DNA of 52,477 nt from positions 1 to 52,477 of the forward strand of contig JAZDOA010000083.1 of NCBI GenBank assembly GCA_043799175.1, written 5' to 3'. The translations under genes were made by a program, and so were the position numbers. Origin of the DNA: Pseudomonadota bacterium (GTDB lineage Bacteria > Desulfobacterota > JAZDOA01). Below the pieces are notes generated by a model. That model was not told the DNA's origin. It searched no databases and worked only from the letters and a program-made list of their open reading frames with translations. How positions within the stretch are numbered: the first letter of the stretch is position 1; each line of letters begins with the position of its first letter. Positions 12,962-22,241 of the stretch are shown here, piece by piece.

Positions 12962-14059
12962 ATGGGCGAGCGGCGCCTTGATGACAGGTATTTCGCGTTG
13001 CCGGCTGAACGCCTCCGGGAGATGGTCTCGGCCCTGATGGAGGACCGCCCGGTCTACGGGCCGGTGGCCAAGAGCGCGCAAAGCGGGATACCCGAAGACA
13101 CCCCCTTCTGGGTTTACAGCCGGCTGCAATTGGCCGGGCAACTGGCCCTGCACTTTGATGTCACCATTATGCCCCCCAAAAAGCTCTTCTTCCCGCCGGA
13201 GGAGCCGATCCTGGAGTACGATTTCGCCGGCTGGGGGCGCCCCATTCTGCACGAGGGGCCGTTTGTGGTCTTCGGGGTGCATCCCTACGATCTGACGGCC
13301 CTGGGGCAGCTCGACAAAGTCTTCAACGACCGCTACCCCGATGCCTGGTATCTGGCCCGGCGGCGTGACGCGCTCCTGGTGGGGGTGGACCCCGTCCAGG
13401 TGGCCCCCCACTCGTTCTGGGCCTCGATGGACACGGCCTCGACCACTACCTTCGACCTCATGCTCACCGACATCGGCGCCGGTGGCAGCGCCTTGTATGT
13501 CGTCGAGGTTGGCAGCCCCAAGGGAGCGGAGGCCCTGGAGCGCTTCGCCCAGGCCGAGCCGGCGAGTTCGGGAGAGTTGGCCGCCAGAGACGAGGTCAGG
13601 TCGGCGATACGGGAGAAGTCCTTGCGGCACGGCCTCAGGTTCGACGTGCGCGAGCTGCCTGGGTTGCTGCCCAAGGTCATGGACTCCGTGATCTGGGACG
13701 AGAAGGCCCGCACCTGCTACTCCTGCGGCACCTGCAACCTGGTCTGCCCCACCTGCTACTGCTTCGACCTCCGAGATGAGGTCCGTCTGGACCTGACCGG
13801 CGGTCAGCGCCTCCGCCGCTGGGACGGCTGCCAGCTCGAGGACTTTGCCCTGATCGGGGCCTGCAACTTCCGGCCGCTCAAAGTGAGCCGCTATCGCCAC
13901 CGCCTGCTTCGCAAGGGGCAGTATCTGTACGAACGCTATGGCGACATTGCCTGCGTGGGCTGCGGGCGCTGCTCCAGCCAGTGCCTGCCCAATATCGCCG
14001 ACCCGGTGGACGTCTACAACCGCCTCCACGATGAGGCGAAGGCCAGGGGGCTGATATGA
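12962..14059 (+). CDS. [NiFe] hydrogenase group 3b-like beta subunit (Fe-S, HydB/AsrA-like)
   Basis: Ferredoxin-type clusters CYSCGTCNLVCPTCYC and CVGCGRCSSQC; first gene of four overlapping genes. Confidence 0.8.
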   Translation: MGERRLDDRYFALPAERLREMVSALMEDRPVYGPVAKSAQSGIPEDTPFWVYSRLQLAGQLALHFDVTIMPPKKLFFPPEEPILEYDFAGWGRPILHEGPFVVFGVHPYDLTALGQLDKVFNDRYPDAWYLARRRDALLVGVDPVQVAPHSFWASMDTASTTTFDLMLTDIGAGGSALYVVEVGSPKGAEALERFAQAEPASSGELAARDEVRSAIREKSLRHGLRFDVRELPGLLPKVMDSVIWDEKARTCYSCGTCNLVCPTCYCFDLRDEVRLDLTGGQRLRRWDGCQLEDFALIGACNFRPLKVSRYRHRLLRKGQYLYERYGDIACVGCGRCSSQCLPNIADPVDVYNRLHDEAKARGLI

Positions 14060-14895
14060 ACAGCGATACAGCCGTGCATCTGCTGCCCCGGCCCGCGGTG
14101 GTGGAAGAGGTCCGCAGCCTCACCGGCTGCGAAAAGCTCTTCCGGCTGCGCCCGGAGGACGGAGTGCCCCTGGGCCACCTCCCCGGTCAATGGGTGCAGG
14201 TGTCCATTTTTGGGGTGGGGGAGGCGCCCATCTCGATCAGCTCCGCCCCCGATGGCCAGGCGGCCTTCGAGATCTGTGTGCGCGGCGTGGGTAATCTCAC
14301 CAGGGGGCTGCACAGCCTGAAGGCGGGAGAGCGGGTGGGCATCCGCGGCCCGTATGGGTCGCACTATCCGGTGGAGGAGGCCCGAGGCAAGGATCTGTTG
14401 TGCGTGGCCGGCGGTCTGGGGCTGGCGCCTCTGCGGAGCTTCATTCAGTATGTCCTGGCCCACCGCGCCGACTACGGGCGCCTCATTGTCTTTTACGGGG
14501 CACGTACCCCGACAGACCGTCTCTTTGCCGACGAGCTGCACCGCTGGGCCGCCGATCCGGCGGTGGAGTTCCTGGAAACGGTGGATATGTGCGCCCCAGG
14601 CCAGACCTGGAGTGGCAGAGTCGGCCTCATAACTAGGCTCTTCCCGGAAGTGGTGCTGGACGCGCCGAACACCTACATGACCTGCGTCGGTCCGCCCGTA
14701 ATGTACCGCTTCGTGGTGGCCTCGGCCACGGCGCTGGGCATACCCGAGGGGCAGATATTCATGTCGCTGGAGCGGCGCATGCGCTGCGGCATAGGCCTGT
14801 GCGGCCACTGCCAGATGGATAACGTCTATGTCTGCCAGCGGGGCGCGGTGTTCCGCTACGCGGACGTGAAGAATATAGAGGAAGCCTTGTCATGA
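14056..14895 (+). CDS. Hydrogenase gamma subunit (FAD/NAD(P)-binding, 2Fe-2S)
   Basis: Ferredoxin-reductase-like fold with C-terminal CGIGLCGHCQ cluster motif; ATGA overlap with upstream gene. Confidence 0.8.
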   Translation: MNSDTAVHLLPRPAVVEEVRSLTGCEKLFRLRPEDGVPLGHLPGQWVQVSIFGVGEAPISISSAPDGQAAFEICVRGVGNLTRGLHSLKAGERVGIRGPYGSHYPVEEARGKDLLCVAGGLGLAPLRSFIQYVLAHRADYGRLIVFYGARTPTDRLFADELHRWAADPAVEFLETVDMCAPGQTWSGRVGLITRLFPEVVLDAPNTYMTCVGPPVMYRFVVASATALGIPEGQIFMSLERRMRCGIGLCGHCQMDNVYVCQRGAVFRYADVKNIEEALS

Positions 14896-15653
14896 GCATG
14901 CGGGAGACGAAAAAACCCACCGTCGCCGTGTTCGACTTCGCCGGTTGCGGCGGAGACCAGTTGCAGTTGGCTAATCTCGAGGAGGAGCTGCTTACCCTCA
15001 CCGGCCAGATAGAGATGGTAAGCTGGCGAGAGGGGATGACGCCGGAGGTTGAGCCGGAGCACTACGATATCGCCCTGGTGGAAGGTTCCATAACCCGCCG
15101 CTCCGACGAGGCGCGCCTCAAGAAGATACGCGAGAGCTGCAAGACCCTGGTGGCCCTGGGCTCCTGCGCCACCATTGCGGGCATCAACGCCCTGAAGAAC
15201 TTTCAGGATCCCGAGCGGGTGCGCCGCTACGTCTACGGCGAGGCCGCCCTCTGGTATGAAACCTACGCCGCCAGGCCCCTGCGCGACGTGGTCAAGGTAG
15301 ACGCCAACGTTTATGGCTGCCCCATCATGACTTATGATTTCCTGCGGGTCTTCAAGGAGCTGCTTTTGGGCAAGAAGCCCTTCGATCCCAACTACCCCGT
15401 CTGCGTCGATTGCAAGCTGGCCGAGAACGTCTGCGTCTACGGCAAGGGAATGTGGTGCATGGGGCCGGTTACCCGGGCCGGCTGCCGGGCGGTGTGCGTC
15501 TCGGAGGGCAGCATCTGCTGGGGCTGCCGCGGTATGGTGGACCACCCCAATGCCGATGCCCAGCGTGAGGTGCTGGCCGCCCACGGCCTCGGGATTCGGG
15601 ACGTTATCGACAAGTTTCGCCTCTACTTCGGCACCCGGAGGGCTGCGGATTGA
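14892..15653 (+). CDS. [NiFe] hydrogenase small (delta) subunit
   Basis: NuoB/20-kDa-like N-terminus FDFAGCGGDQ, multiple Cys ligands; overlapping start and stop. Confidence 0.85.
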   Translation: MSMRETKKPTVAVFDFAGCGGDQLQLANLEEELLTLTGQIEMVSWREGMTPEVEPEHYDIALVEGSITRRSDEARLKKIRESCKTLVALGSCATIAGINALKNFQDPERVRRYVYGEAALWYETYAARPLRDVVKVDANVYGCPIMTYDFLRVFKELLLGKKPFDPNYPVCVDCKLAENVCVYGKGMWCMGPVTRAGCRAVCVSEGSICWGCRGMVDHPNADAQREVLAAHGLGIRDVIDKFRLYFGTRRAAD

Positions 15654-16939
15654 AGCGCGACGTAAATATCGAGGTCCACCACGTCACCAGGGTGGAAGGG
15701 CACGGCTCGCTCCACGCCGAAATCCGCGACGGCCGCATAACACACTGCGATTGGCGGGTGGTTGAGGCCCCCCGCTTCTTCGAGGCCATGGTCCGGGGCC
15801 GTACCTGGGAGGAGATGCACCATATCGTCGCCAGGATCTGTGGCATCTGCTCCATCGGCCACACCCTGGCCTCCATCAAGGCCACGGAGAGCGCCTTCGG
15901 CATAACCGTCTCGGAGCAGACCCTTGCGCTGCGCAAACTGGCCCTCCATGGCGAAAACCTGCAGAGCCATGTCCTGCACCTGGGCTATCTGGTGCTGCCG
16001 GACCTGAGCCGCACGTCCTCGGTGTTGCCCCTGGCCGAGAGCAGACGTGACGAGCTGCTGGCAATCATGCGGCTTCACCGGCTGGCCAATGAACTTAGCG
16101 GTCTCATAGGCGGCCGGACGACTCATCCCCTGCGCCTCATTCCTGGGGGCATGGCCAAGCTGCCCAGCGAGACCGAGCTGCGGGAGATGACGGCGCGCCT
16201 GCGGGCCGCCCTGCCCGATCTGTGGGCCGTGACCCGTTTCCTCAAGACCCTCGGCGTGGAGTTTATTGACTACGAGCGCCCGACGGAATACGTGGCCCTG
16301 ACCTCTCGGGGGGAGTATGCCCTCTATGACGGGCGCATTGGTTCCAGCGACGGGGGCAGTTGGCCCGTGGCCGAGTACCGCGCCGTTTCCAACGAGTACG
16401 ACGTGCACCAGTCCACCGCCAAGTACTGCAAACACAACCGGGAGTCCTACATGGTGGGGGCCCTGGCCCGTTTCAACCTCAACCAGGGGCAACTGAGCCC
16501 GCAGGCCGCCGAGGCGGCCCGTTTCCTGGGGCTGGCGGCCCCGAGTCACCGCCCCTTCGACAACAACCTGGCCCAGCTCGTGGAGTGCTTTCATAACGTG
16601 GAGGATGGTATCCGGCTGGCGGAGGAGTTGCTGGGCGCCGGCCTCCGGCTCGAGGAGGCCAAGGTGACGCCCCTGGCCGGACGCGGCGTGGGTTCGGTGG
16701 AAGTCCCTCGGGGCGTGCTCTTCCATGACTACGCATACGACGAAAACGGCCGTTGCCTGGGCTGCAATATTGTCATCCCCACCAACCAGAACCATGCCAA
16801 CCTGGCCCTTGATCTGCAGGGCTACCTGCCGCGGCTGCTCGATCTGGAGGAGGATGAAATCAAGCGCCGCCTCCAGATGCTCATCCGGGCCTACGACCCT
16901 TGCATCTCCTGCTCCACCCACCTGATCGTGCGCAAGTGA
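15650..16939 (+). CDS. [NiFe] hydrogenase large (alpha) subunit
   Basis: N-terminal RICGICSIGH and C-terminal DPCISCSTH Ni-Fe ligand motifs, followed by only 5 residues (LIVRK). Confidence 0.9.
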   Translation: MKRDVNIEVHHVTRVEGHGSLHAEIRDGRITHCDWRVVEAPRFFEAMVRGRTWEEMHHIVARICGICSIGHTLASIKATESAFGITVSEQTLALRKLALHGENLQSHVLHLGYLVLPDLSRTSSVLPLAESRRDELLAIMRLHRLANELSGLIGGRTTHPLRLIPGGMAKLPSETELREMTARLRAALPDLWAVTRFLKTLGVEFIDYERPTEYVALTSRGEYALYDGRIGSSDGGSWPVAEYRAVSNEYDVHQSTAKYCKHNRESYMVGALARFNLNQGQLSPQAAEAARFLGLAAPSHRPFDNNLAQLVECFHNVEDGIRLAEELLGAGLRLEEAKVTPLAGRGVGSVEVPRGVLFHDYAYDENGRCLGCNIVIPTNQNHANLALDLQGYLPRLLDLEEDEIKRRLQMLIRAYDPCISCSTHLIVRK

Positions 16940-16991
16940 GGCGTCCCGCTTGACATCCCATTGAAAAGAGGCTAAGTCCGCTGGTAGGGCC

Positions 16992-17076
16992 GCAGGCCGC
17001 CCTCTCTTCGGCATGGAATGCATGTCAGACGTACCCGAGGGTTTTTTGAGTCTGCTTGGCGCGGTTTTTTCGCGCC
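16992..17076. repeat. Copy of dispersed repeat 'A' (GCAGGCCGCCCTCTCT...TGGAATG...GTCAGACGTACCCGAGGG...GGCGCG-loop-CGCGCC)
   Basis: Near-identical core to 27523-27605 and 52447-52477; related to the 92-bp tandem unit at 30574-30850. Confidence 0.7.
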
Positions 17077-17196
17077 CGGCCTAAAGCTGTTTGTGTTCGG
17101 GAATCATTGACTTATTCGCGGAGAGGACCGACCTTATGGCATGAGGGATGCACTACGTGTTTCCGAAAGAGTTCCTTCGCTGCAGGAGGTGCTTTC

Positions 17197-17388
17197 ATGG
17201 CACATGTGCTGGACTGCCAGGAAGTTGACTTCGCGGACTGCCAGTGCGAGTTCCGCGGCGCAAGCCCCGAGGACGTCGTGGAGAAGGTACTGGAGTACGG
17301 GCGGAGAAAACATAATATTTGCGGAATGGTACCCGCGCTGCGCGAAAAGCTCCGCAACAGCGTGCTGGAGGAACCCGAGGTCTGGTGA
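17197..17388 (+). CDS. Small DUF1059-like protein (63 aa)
   Basis: ATG at 17197 preceded by AGGAGG at 17184-17189. The upstream part of the listed ORF lies in repeat DNA. DUF1059 assignment is from overall look only (MAHVLDC...CEF...). Confidence 0.55.
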   Translation: MAHVLDCQEVDFADCQCEFRGASPEDVVEKVLEYGRRKHNICGMVPALREKLRNSVLEEPEVW

Positions 17389-17554
17389 GAGTTTCTTTGG
17401 GCGGGGCGGAGGCTTCTACCTTGAGATCGCACCGATGGGGACCGGCGCGGCCGGTGGTGATGTGGGTCACCCCGGGCCGGCATGATTTACTTGATTTCTG
17501 TTTAACAATACGGCACAATTCCGATAAGTCTCTATACGGAGGTGGGGTAAGGCC

Positions 17555-18721
17555 ATGGCTCGAAGATCGTGGACGTACCGCCGCCGTTGTGTCGCCTTAG
17601 TCCTCGTGTGGCTGGCGACCCTTCTGTTCCCCGGGCTGCTCCAGGCCAAGCTCCCCATTACTTCCAAGGCCTGCAAGGCCTGCCACACCATGCACAACAT
17701 CGAGAATAACCAACTGGTGGTCGCGGGAGGGTCGCCCAAGAATCTGTTAAAAAACAGCTGCGTTGGCTGCCACTCCAGCGCGGGTAAGGAAACTATTAGC
17801 GCGGTGGGCAATGTTCCCATCGTGTTCAACACGGACAAGCAGCCCACCCAGCCTCTGGCGGGTGGCAATTTCTGGTGGGTGGTAAATAAAGGTAACGAGT
17901 ACGGCCACAACGTCGCTCCCATCTGCTACAAGGACACCATAACCGCCCCAGGCGGCCAGAATGTCTCCTGCACCGATTCGGCCAACACCTGCCACAATAC
18001 CCTCGCCAATACCACGCAGTTCACGGTAGGCCAGAACGGCTGCAAGGCCTGCCATATGTCAATCAAACATCACCAGGCGAACAAGGCCTTCTGTGGCCTC
18101 TGGGGCCACGGCGGAGTCGACAAGGCTACCGATACCAAAAGCAAGGATTACGTCATCGGCTGGGCAGTGGCTGATTGGGAGCAAAACGCCAAATCTGACT
18201 CCCACAACGAATACAAGGGGGTAGGTGACGTTACCGGGGATTACGACCCCACAAAGGGGAAGGACAGTGACTGTCTGGGGAATAAGCAGACCATCACCGC
18301 CTTCTGTCTCGGCTGCCACCCCAACATGCACCGCAAGTACAGGGCATTGACTTTCGACGATGGTTCCAATGGCTATACTTGCTGGCTGATTCACCCCGTG
18401 GACTGCTATCTCGAGGAAACCGGCGACCCTGATACGCCGAGCGCTGACCAGGATTTCAAGGACTATACCAAGTACAATCCTCAGGTGCCGGTGGCCCGCG
18501 ATTGGGCCGAGAGTTCCTTCTGGGAATGCAGTAGTAACGTCGCTTTCAGCGACGTTGTAATGTGCCTGTCTTGCCACCGGGGGATGGCTTCTGAGTACCC
18601 CCACCTCCTGCGCTGGAAATACGACGAAATATATCAGCAGCCGGTGGCTCCGGCCAAAGATACGGTTAATCCCACCACGGGCGGCTGCTGTGTCTGTCAC
18701 ACCGCCAAGTGCAAGTCCTGA
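17555..18721 (+). CDS. Secreted multihaem c-type cytochrome, six CxxCH, OmcS-like
   Basis: Signal peptide; CKACH, CVGCH, CKACH, CLGCH, CLSCH, CCVCH plus one CX6CH; blocks resembling G. sulfurreducens OmcS (CHTMHN, GGNFWWV, GHNV, TAPGG, CLSCHR, C-terminal CxxCHxAK); RBS GGAGGTGG. Confidence 0.8.
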   Translation: MARRSWTYRRRCVALVLVWLATLLFPGLLQAKLPITSKACKACHTMHNIENNQLVVAGGSPKNLLKNSCVGCHSSAGKETISAVGNVPIVFNTDKQPTQPLAGGNFWWVVNKGNEYGHNVAPICYKDTITAPGGQNVSCTDSANTCHNTLANTTQFTVGQNGCKACHMSIKHHQANKAFCGLWGHGGVDKATDTKSKDYVIGWAVADWEQNAKSDSHNEYKGVGDVTGDYDPTKGKDSDCLGNKQTITAFCLGCHPNMHRKYRALTFDDGSNGYTCWLIHPVDCYLEETGDPDTPSADQDFKDYTKYNPQVPVARDWAESSFWECSSNVAFSDVVMCLSCHRGMASEYPHLLRWKYDEIYQQPVAPAKDTVNPTTGGCCVCHTAKCKS

Positions 18722-18757
18722 ACAATACTGGAAGTACCTGATTTCTACTTCGGATCG

Positions 18758-18830
18758 CTTCCGTTCGTGCCGAGAACCTCGGCACGAACGGAAAGGCAGA
18801 GGCGTGTTGTTCGTCCTTCGATGCCTCACA
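18758..18830. repeat. Repeat 'C' copy 1: 14-bp GC hairpin (18761-18791) plus conserved GTTCGTCCTTCGATGCCTCA tail
   Basis: CCGTTCGTGCCGAG-aac-CTCGGCACGAACGG; lies between convergent genes, so may act as a bidirectional terminator (no U-tract). A second copy is at 30977-31049. Confidence 0.6.
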
Positions 18831-19023
18831 GGGTGAACAATTGGGGCGCGCCTGGCACCATGGCTGGCAGCCTGTCAAAAGAAAAGCCACCCATCCGCGG
18901 CGTTGCACTCAACCCGAAGGTAAAGCGTACTTCTATGTACGCCTCCCTCGCCTACGGGGCATTTTTTGAACAGGCTGCACGACGAGAGTTTCTAAACGGG
19001 CTGTTGGTCTGCCAGGGTAGCCG

Positions 19024-20508
19024 CTATTCGCCGGTGCCCATCAGTACGGCGGGAATGGTCTTGAGCAGCAGCCTGAGGTCCAGCCCTAGCGACCAATTGT
19101 CTATATACTCGATGTCCATGCGCACCCAATCCTCGAAATTTACCTGGTTGCGCCCGCTGGTCTGCCAGATACAGGTCAGGCCCGGCTTGACGGAGAGGCG
19201 CCGCCGCTGCCAGCTGTCGTACTGAGCTACTTCCTCTGGTAGCGGGGGGCGGGGACCCACCAGGCTCATCTCGCCCCGCAGGACATTAATTAGCTGAGGT
19301 AACTCGTCGATGCTGCTGCAGCGCAGGAAGCGGCCAAGCCCGGTTATCCGGGGGTCGTTTCGGATCTTAAACACCGGCCCGTTCATTTCGTTGAGTGCGG
19401 CCAGGTCACTCTTCATTTGTTCGGCGTCGGCCACCATGGTGCGGAACTTCCACATGAGGAAATTTCTGCCATTCAGGCCGCAGCGCACCTGCTTGAAGAA
19501 AATGGGTCCGCATGAGGTGAGCTTGACGGCGACGGCGACCAGCGCGGTCAGCGGCAGGGTAAGCAGAACGAGTGACATGGCCAGGATGAAATCCATCACG
19601 GCCTTGATGGATAGGGCCAGCTCGGAGTGGCCGGCGGGCTCGAAGGCCAGGAGCCGAAAATCTCCCACCTCCTCTATGCGGGGGTTGCTGAGCCTGAAGG
19701 GATAGACATCGGTCGACAACAGAACCCGCAGCCCGGCGCGCTCGCAGACCAACATGGGCTTTTCCACCAGGTCGAGCCATGTTCGGGAGAGGAGAAACAC
19801 CACCTCGTCCACGTGGACGCTCCGAAGAAGATTAGGCAGGTCATTAACCAGACCCAGGATGGGAATTCCCAGGATGCTCTTGCCGACGCGCTTGGGATTG
19901 CGCCCGACGATGCCGCTTACCTCGACGGGAAGGCGGCTTCTGCCCAAATGGGTAATAAATGCCGCGGCGCGGTCAGCACTGCCCACGATGAGCAGCTTGC
20001 GGGCGCCTCGGTGTCCGTCCGTCATTCTGGGGGACATCCGATAGAGGTATGGGAACTCGAAGGCGAGGATGCCGCCGTTCATCGCGGTGGCCAACCAAGG
20101 GCCAAAACGCAAGGCCATTATGGAGTTAGCCAGGGCGAACAGGCTGATGGCCGAGAGCAGGCCCAGCACGACGGCTTTTACGACGATCCAGACGATCGCG
20201 GGGAACTTCGCCGGCATCACGTAGGCACTGGAAGCGCGATGATGCAGCAGCGCGGCCCATAAGACTATCGGTGCAAGCACGGCAGCGGTCGTGGCCGAAA
20301 GCGCGAACCCGTTGTGTACGGATATGGAACCAGCCAGAAACAACGAGCTGAACAAGTATGCGCCATCAAGGAGTATCTGCAACCGGTGGAATTGGACACT
20401 CTGGCTGTGGTGGCCATTCCTATGGCTCGGTAGCGTTGCCATGTCCGTTACCCTTTCTGTTCCTGACAACCGCGATAAGGAGTATCGTGGAGGAAGATTA
20501 GTTGTCAA
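19024..20508 (-). CDS. Initiating polyprenyl-phosphate sugar phosphotransferase (WcaJ/EpsB-like)
   Basis: Multi-TM N-terminus, CoA-binding-like middle, C-terminal bacterial sugar transferase domain (GPRP...VKPGLTC/W...RMD..YI). Confidence 0.85.
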   Translation of the reverse strand: MTTNLPPRYSLSRLSGTERVTDMATLPSHRNGHHSQSVQFHRLQILLDGAYLFSSLFLAGSISVHNGFALSATTAAVLAPIVLWAALLHHRASSAYVMPAKFPAIVWIVVKAVVLGLLSAISLFALANSIMALRFGPWLATAMNGGILAFEFPYLYRMSPRMTDGHRGARKLLIVGSADRAAAFITHLGRSRLPVEVSGIVGRNPKRVGKSILGIPILGLVNDLPNLLRSVHVDEVVFLLSRTWLDLVEKPMLVCERAGLRVLLSTDVYPFRLSNPRIEEVGDFRLLAFEPAGHSELALSIKAVMDFILAMSLVLLTLPLTALVAVAVKLTSCGPIFFKQVRCGLNGRNFLMWKFRTMVADAEQMKSDLAALNEMNGPVFKIRNDPRITGLGRFLRCSSIDELPQLINVLRGEMSLVGPRPPLPEEVAQYDSWQRRRLSVKPGLTCIWQTSGRNQVNFEDWVRMDIEYIDNWSLGLDLRLLLKTIPAVLMGTGE

Positions 20509-20553
20509 GCAACCGATTCTACAAATGAACGCGCCGAGACGGTCCTCTCGCGG

Positions 20554-22182
20554 TCAGTTACTTCCGTATTCGAACGAATAGTCAAGACCCAATCTGGAGT
20601 AGACGCCGCAGGGGTCGTATCCCGCGCGGAAACCGAAGTTAGCTGTCTGTTCGCAGCCCAGGACGCCCTCGATTCCGAGGCCTGAGACGGGACGATACCG
20701 GACTCCGGCCACCAGCCGGTAGCGTCGCTCCAGCGGCCCCCGCCGGGTCACTCTCTTGTGAAAATTCCCTTGGGGGTCTATGACCGCATAGCTGTCCGAG
20801 CCCCGAAACTCGGCGGCCAGATCAAGCCTCAAGGCCAAGGAATCTGTAAGGTCGTAGATTGCCGTAAGGTAGCCGGCCTGGGCGTCCGGCCCCAGCGGGT
20901 CACCCAGGACGTCGCCCTTGCGTACCGCCGGGAACTGGCCATGGCGGTAAAAGCGCAGACCGGTACGATGATACTCGGCCCGAAGAGACAGCCGGCCGGC
21001 AGGGTCGACGATGGGGCAGTATAACCCAAACAAGTAGGCGGTTTCATCTCCAAACAAGACCTTCAGGTTGGCGTTGGGGTCGTCGAACGCCATTTCGCCA
21101 TAGATTGTGGTCCCTCGCAGGCTCGGCAGGCGAAGCCGGGCGTCGAAGCCGCCTATGCGATTGGACAAGGGCTTCCGGGTCGAGAAAGAGAAGACGTCTT
21201 GCGCACGCTCCCGCAAGCTGGCTGCTGGAGCACCTTCGCCCCCGCCTATGACTAGGTTGCTGACGCCGAATTCGAAGTTGGGGTGCGGCTGCATGCTTAC
21301 TCTCAGTCCCACCAGATAGGCGCCGGGGTGTTTTTTGTAGCTCCCGCCCATGTCGGCATACAGGAAGGAGCTCTTGACCGGCCCGAGCAGGCTCAGAACA
21401 GACGGCAACAACATGGGAATATCGTTAGATAACTCCACTGAATCCAGCGGGAAGGCGTTTTCGGTGAGCTGCAGGCCGGAGTACTCGCCCTGGCCCCACA
21501 GGAGGCTTCTGCGGCCCACGGTGAAAGCGGTGTTGCCCATCTTTAGTCTGCCGTAGATCTGCAACAGCCTGACGTTGGAATCAGACCCGGAGGCGAAGGG
21601 CGTTTCGACCCTGGGTTCCGCCCAGAGGGAAAGATAAGGTGTGACCCGCAGGCTGCTCGAGAGATCCGCCACCAGCCGCGAGCCGTGCCCGAGTGAAATG
21701 CCCTGCCGGTAATAGGCGAAAGGATCGATCCGGGCGCCGTCCAGCCCTCCCAACCCGTTATTGGGGGTGAAGCGTGCCTCCCCCCCGCTGGAGTATTCGT
21801 AGCTCAGGCGCGCTTCTTCTATTGGATGGCATGAGAATAGGAAAGGTTCCCCCCCCTCCGAGAGGACGCGCATCTCTGGAGCGAATCGCTTGTTCATGGT
21901 GGCCAGGATAGCTTGCAAAGTTCCGGCCAAAGGCTCCGCCGCCGGAAATCCGGGCGCCTTGCGTTCGATGGTTGTCTTGGCCTGGAGCAGGATCTCGGCG
22001 ATCTGCATCCGGGAATAGGGGCGCTGGCCGACAATGACCGCCTGGATCAGATCGGCGGCCACCAGCTTGTCGATGTTTCGGTAGACGGGATCCGTGAGGG
22101 GCAGGTCGGGGGTGGAAAACGCCAGGCATGGTGAGGGGATCAAGACTATGGCGAGCACGACCGCGAGGCGCCTGAATGTCAT
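20554..22182 (-). CDS. Outer-membrane protein, Wzi-like capsule/EPS assembly family
   Basis: Signal peptide; N-terminal DPVYRNIDKLVAADLI motif as in Wzi-type proteins; alternating beta-strand-like sequence. Family call tentative. Confidence 0.5.
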   Translation of the reverse strand: MTFRRLAVVLAIVLIPSPCLAFSTPDLPLTDPVYRNIDKLVAADLIQAVIVGQRPYSRMQIAEILLQAKTTIERKAPGFPAAEPLAGTLQAILATMNKRFAPEMRVLSEGGEPFLFSCHPIEEARLSYEYSSGGEARFTPNNGLGGLDGARIDPFAYYRQGISLGHGSRLVADLSSSLRVTPYLSLWAEPRVETPFASGSDSNVRLLQIYGRLKMGNTAFTVGRRSLLWGQGEYSGLQLTENAFPLDSVELSNDIPMLLPSVLSLLGPVKSSFLYADMGGSYKKHPGAYLVGLRVSMQPHPNFEFGVSNLVIGGGEGAPAASLRERAQDVFSFSTRKPLSNRIGGFDARLRLPSLRGTTIYGEMAFDDPNANLKVLFGDETAYLFGLYCPIVDPAGRLSLRAEYHRTGLRFYRHGQFPAVRKGDVLGDPLGPDAQAGYLTAIYDLTDSLALRLDLAAEFRGSDSYAVIDPQGNFHKRVTRRGPLERRYRLVAGVRYRPVSGLGIEGVLGCEQTANFGFRAGYDPCGVYSRLGLDYSFEYGSN

Positions 22183-22241
22183 TTCTTTACCTGTCAGCCC
22201 GCTGAAAGAGTCGGTTTACCACCGCCGCCCAAGGCAGCCTG

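Noticed and set aside
12923-17023. Long minus-strand ORFs 12923-14029, 14014-14808, 14856-15584 and 15623-17023 antisense to the hydrogenase operon. Similar ORFs are 31059-32879, 37388-39355 and 39362-40774 elsewhere
   Set aside because: The opposite strand encodes proteins with clear catalytic motifs. Long stop-free antisense frames are expected in high-GC DNA, and their translations are Arg/Gly/Pro/Ala-rich low-complexity sequence.
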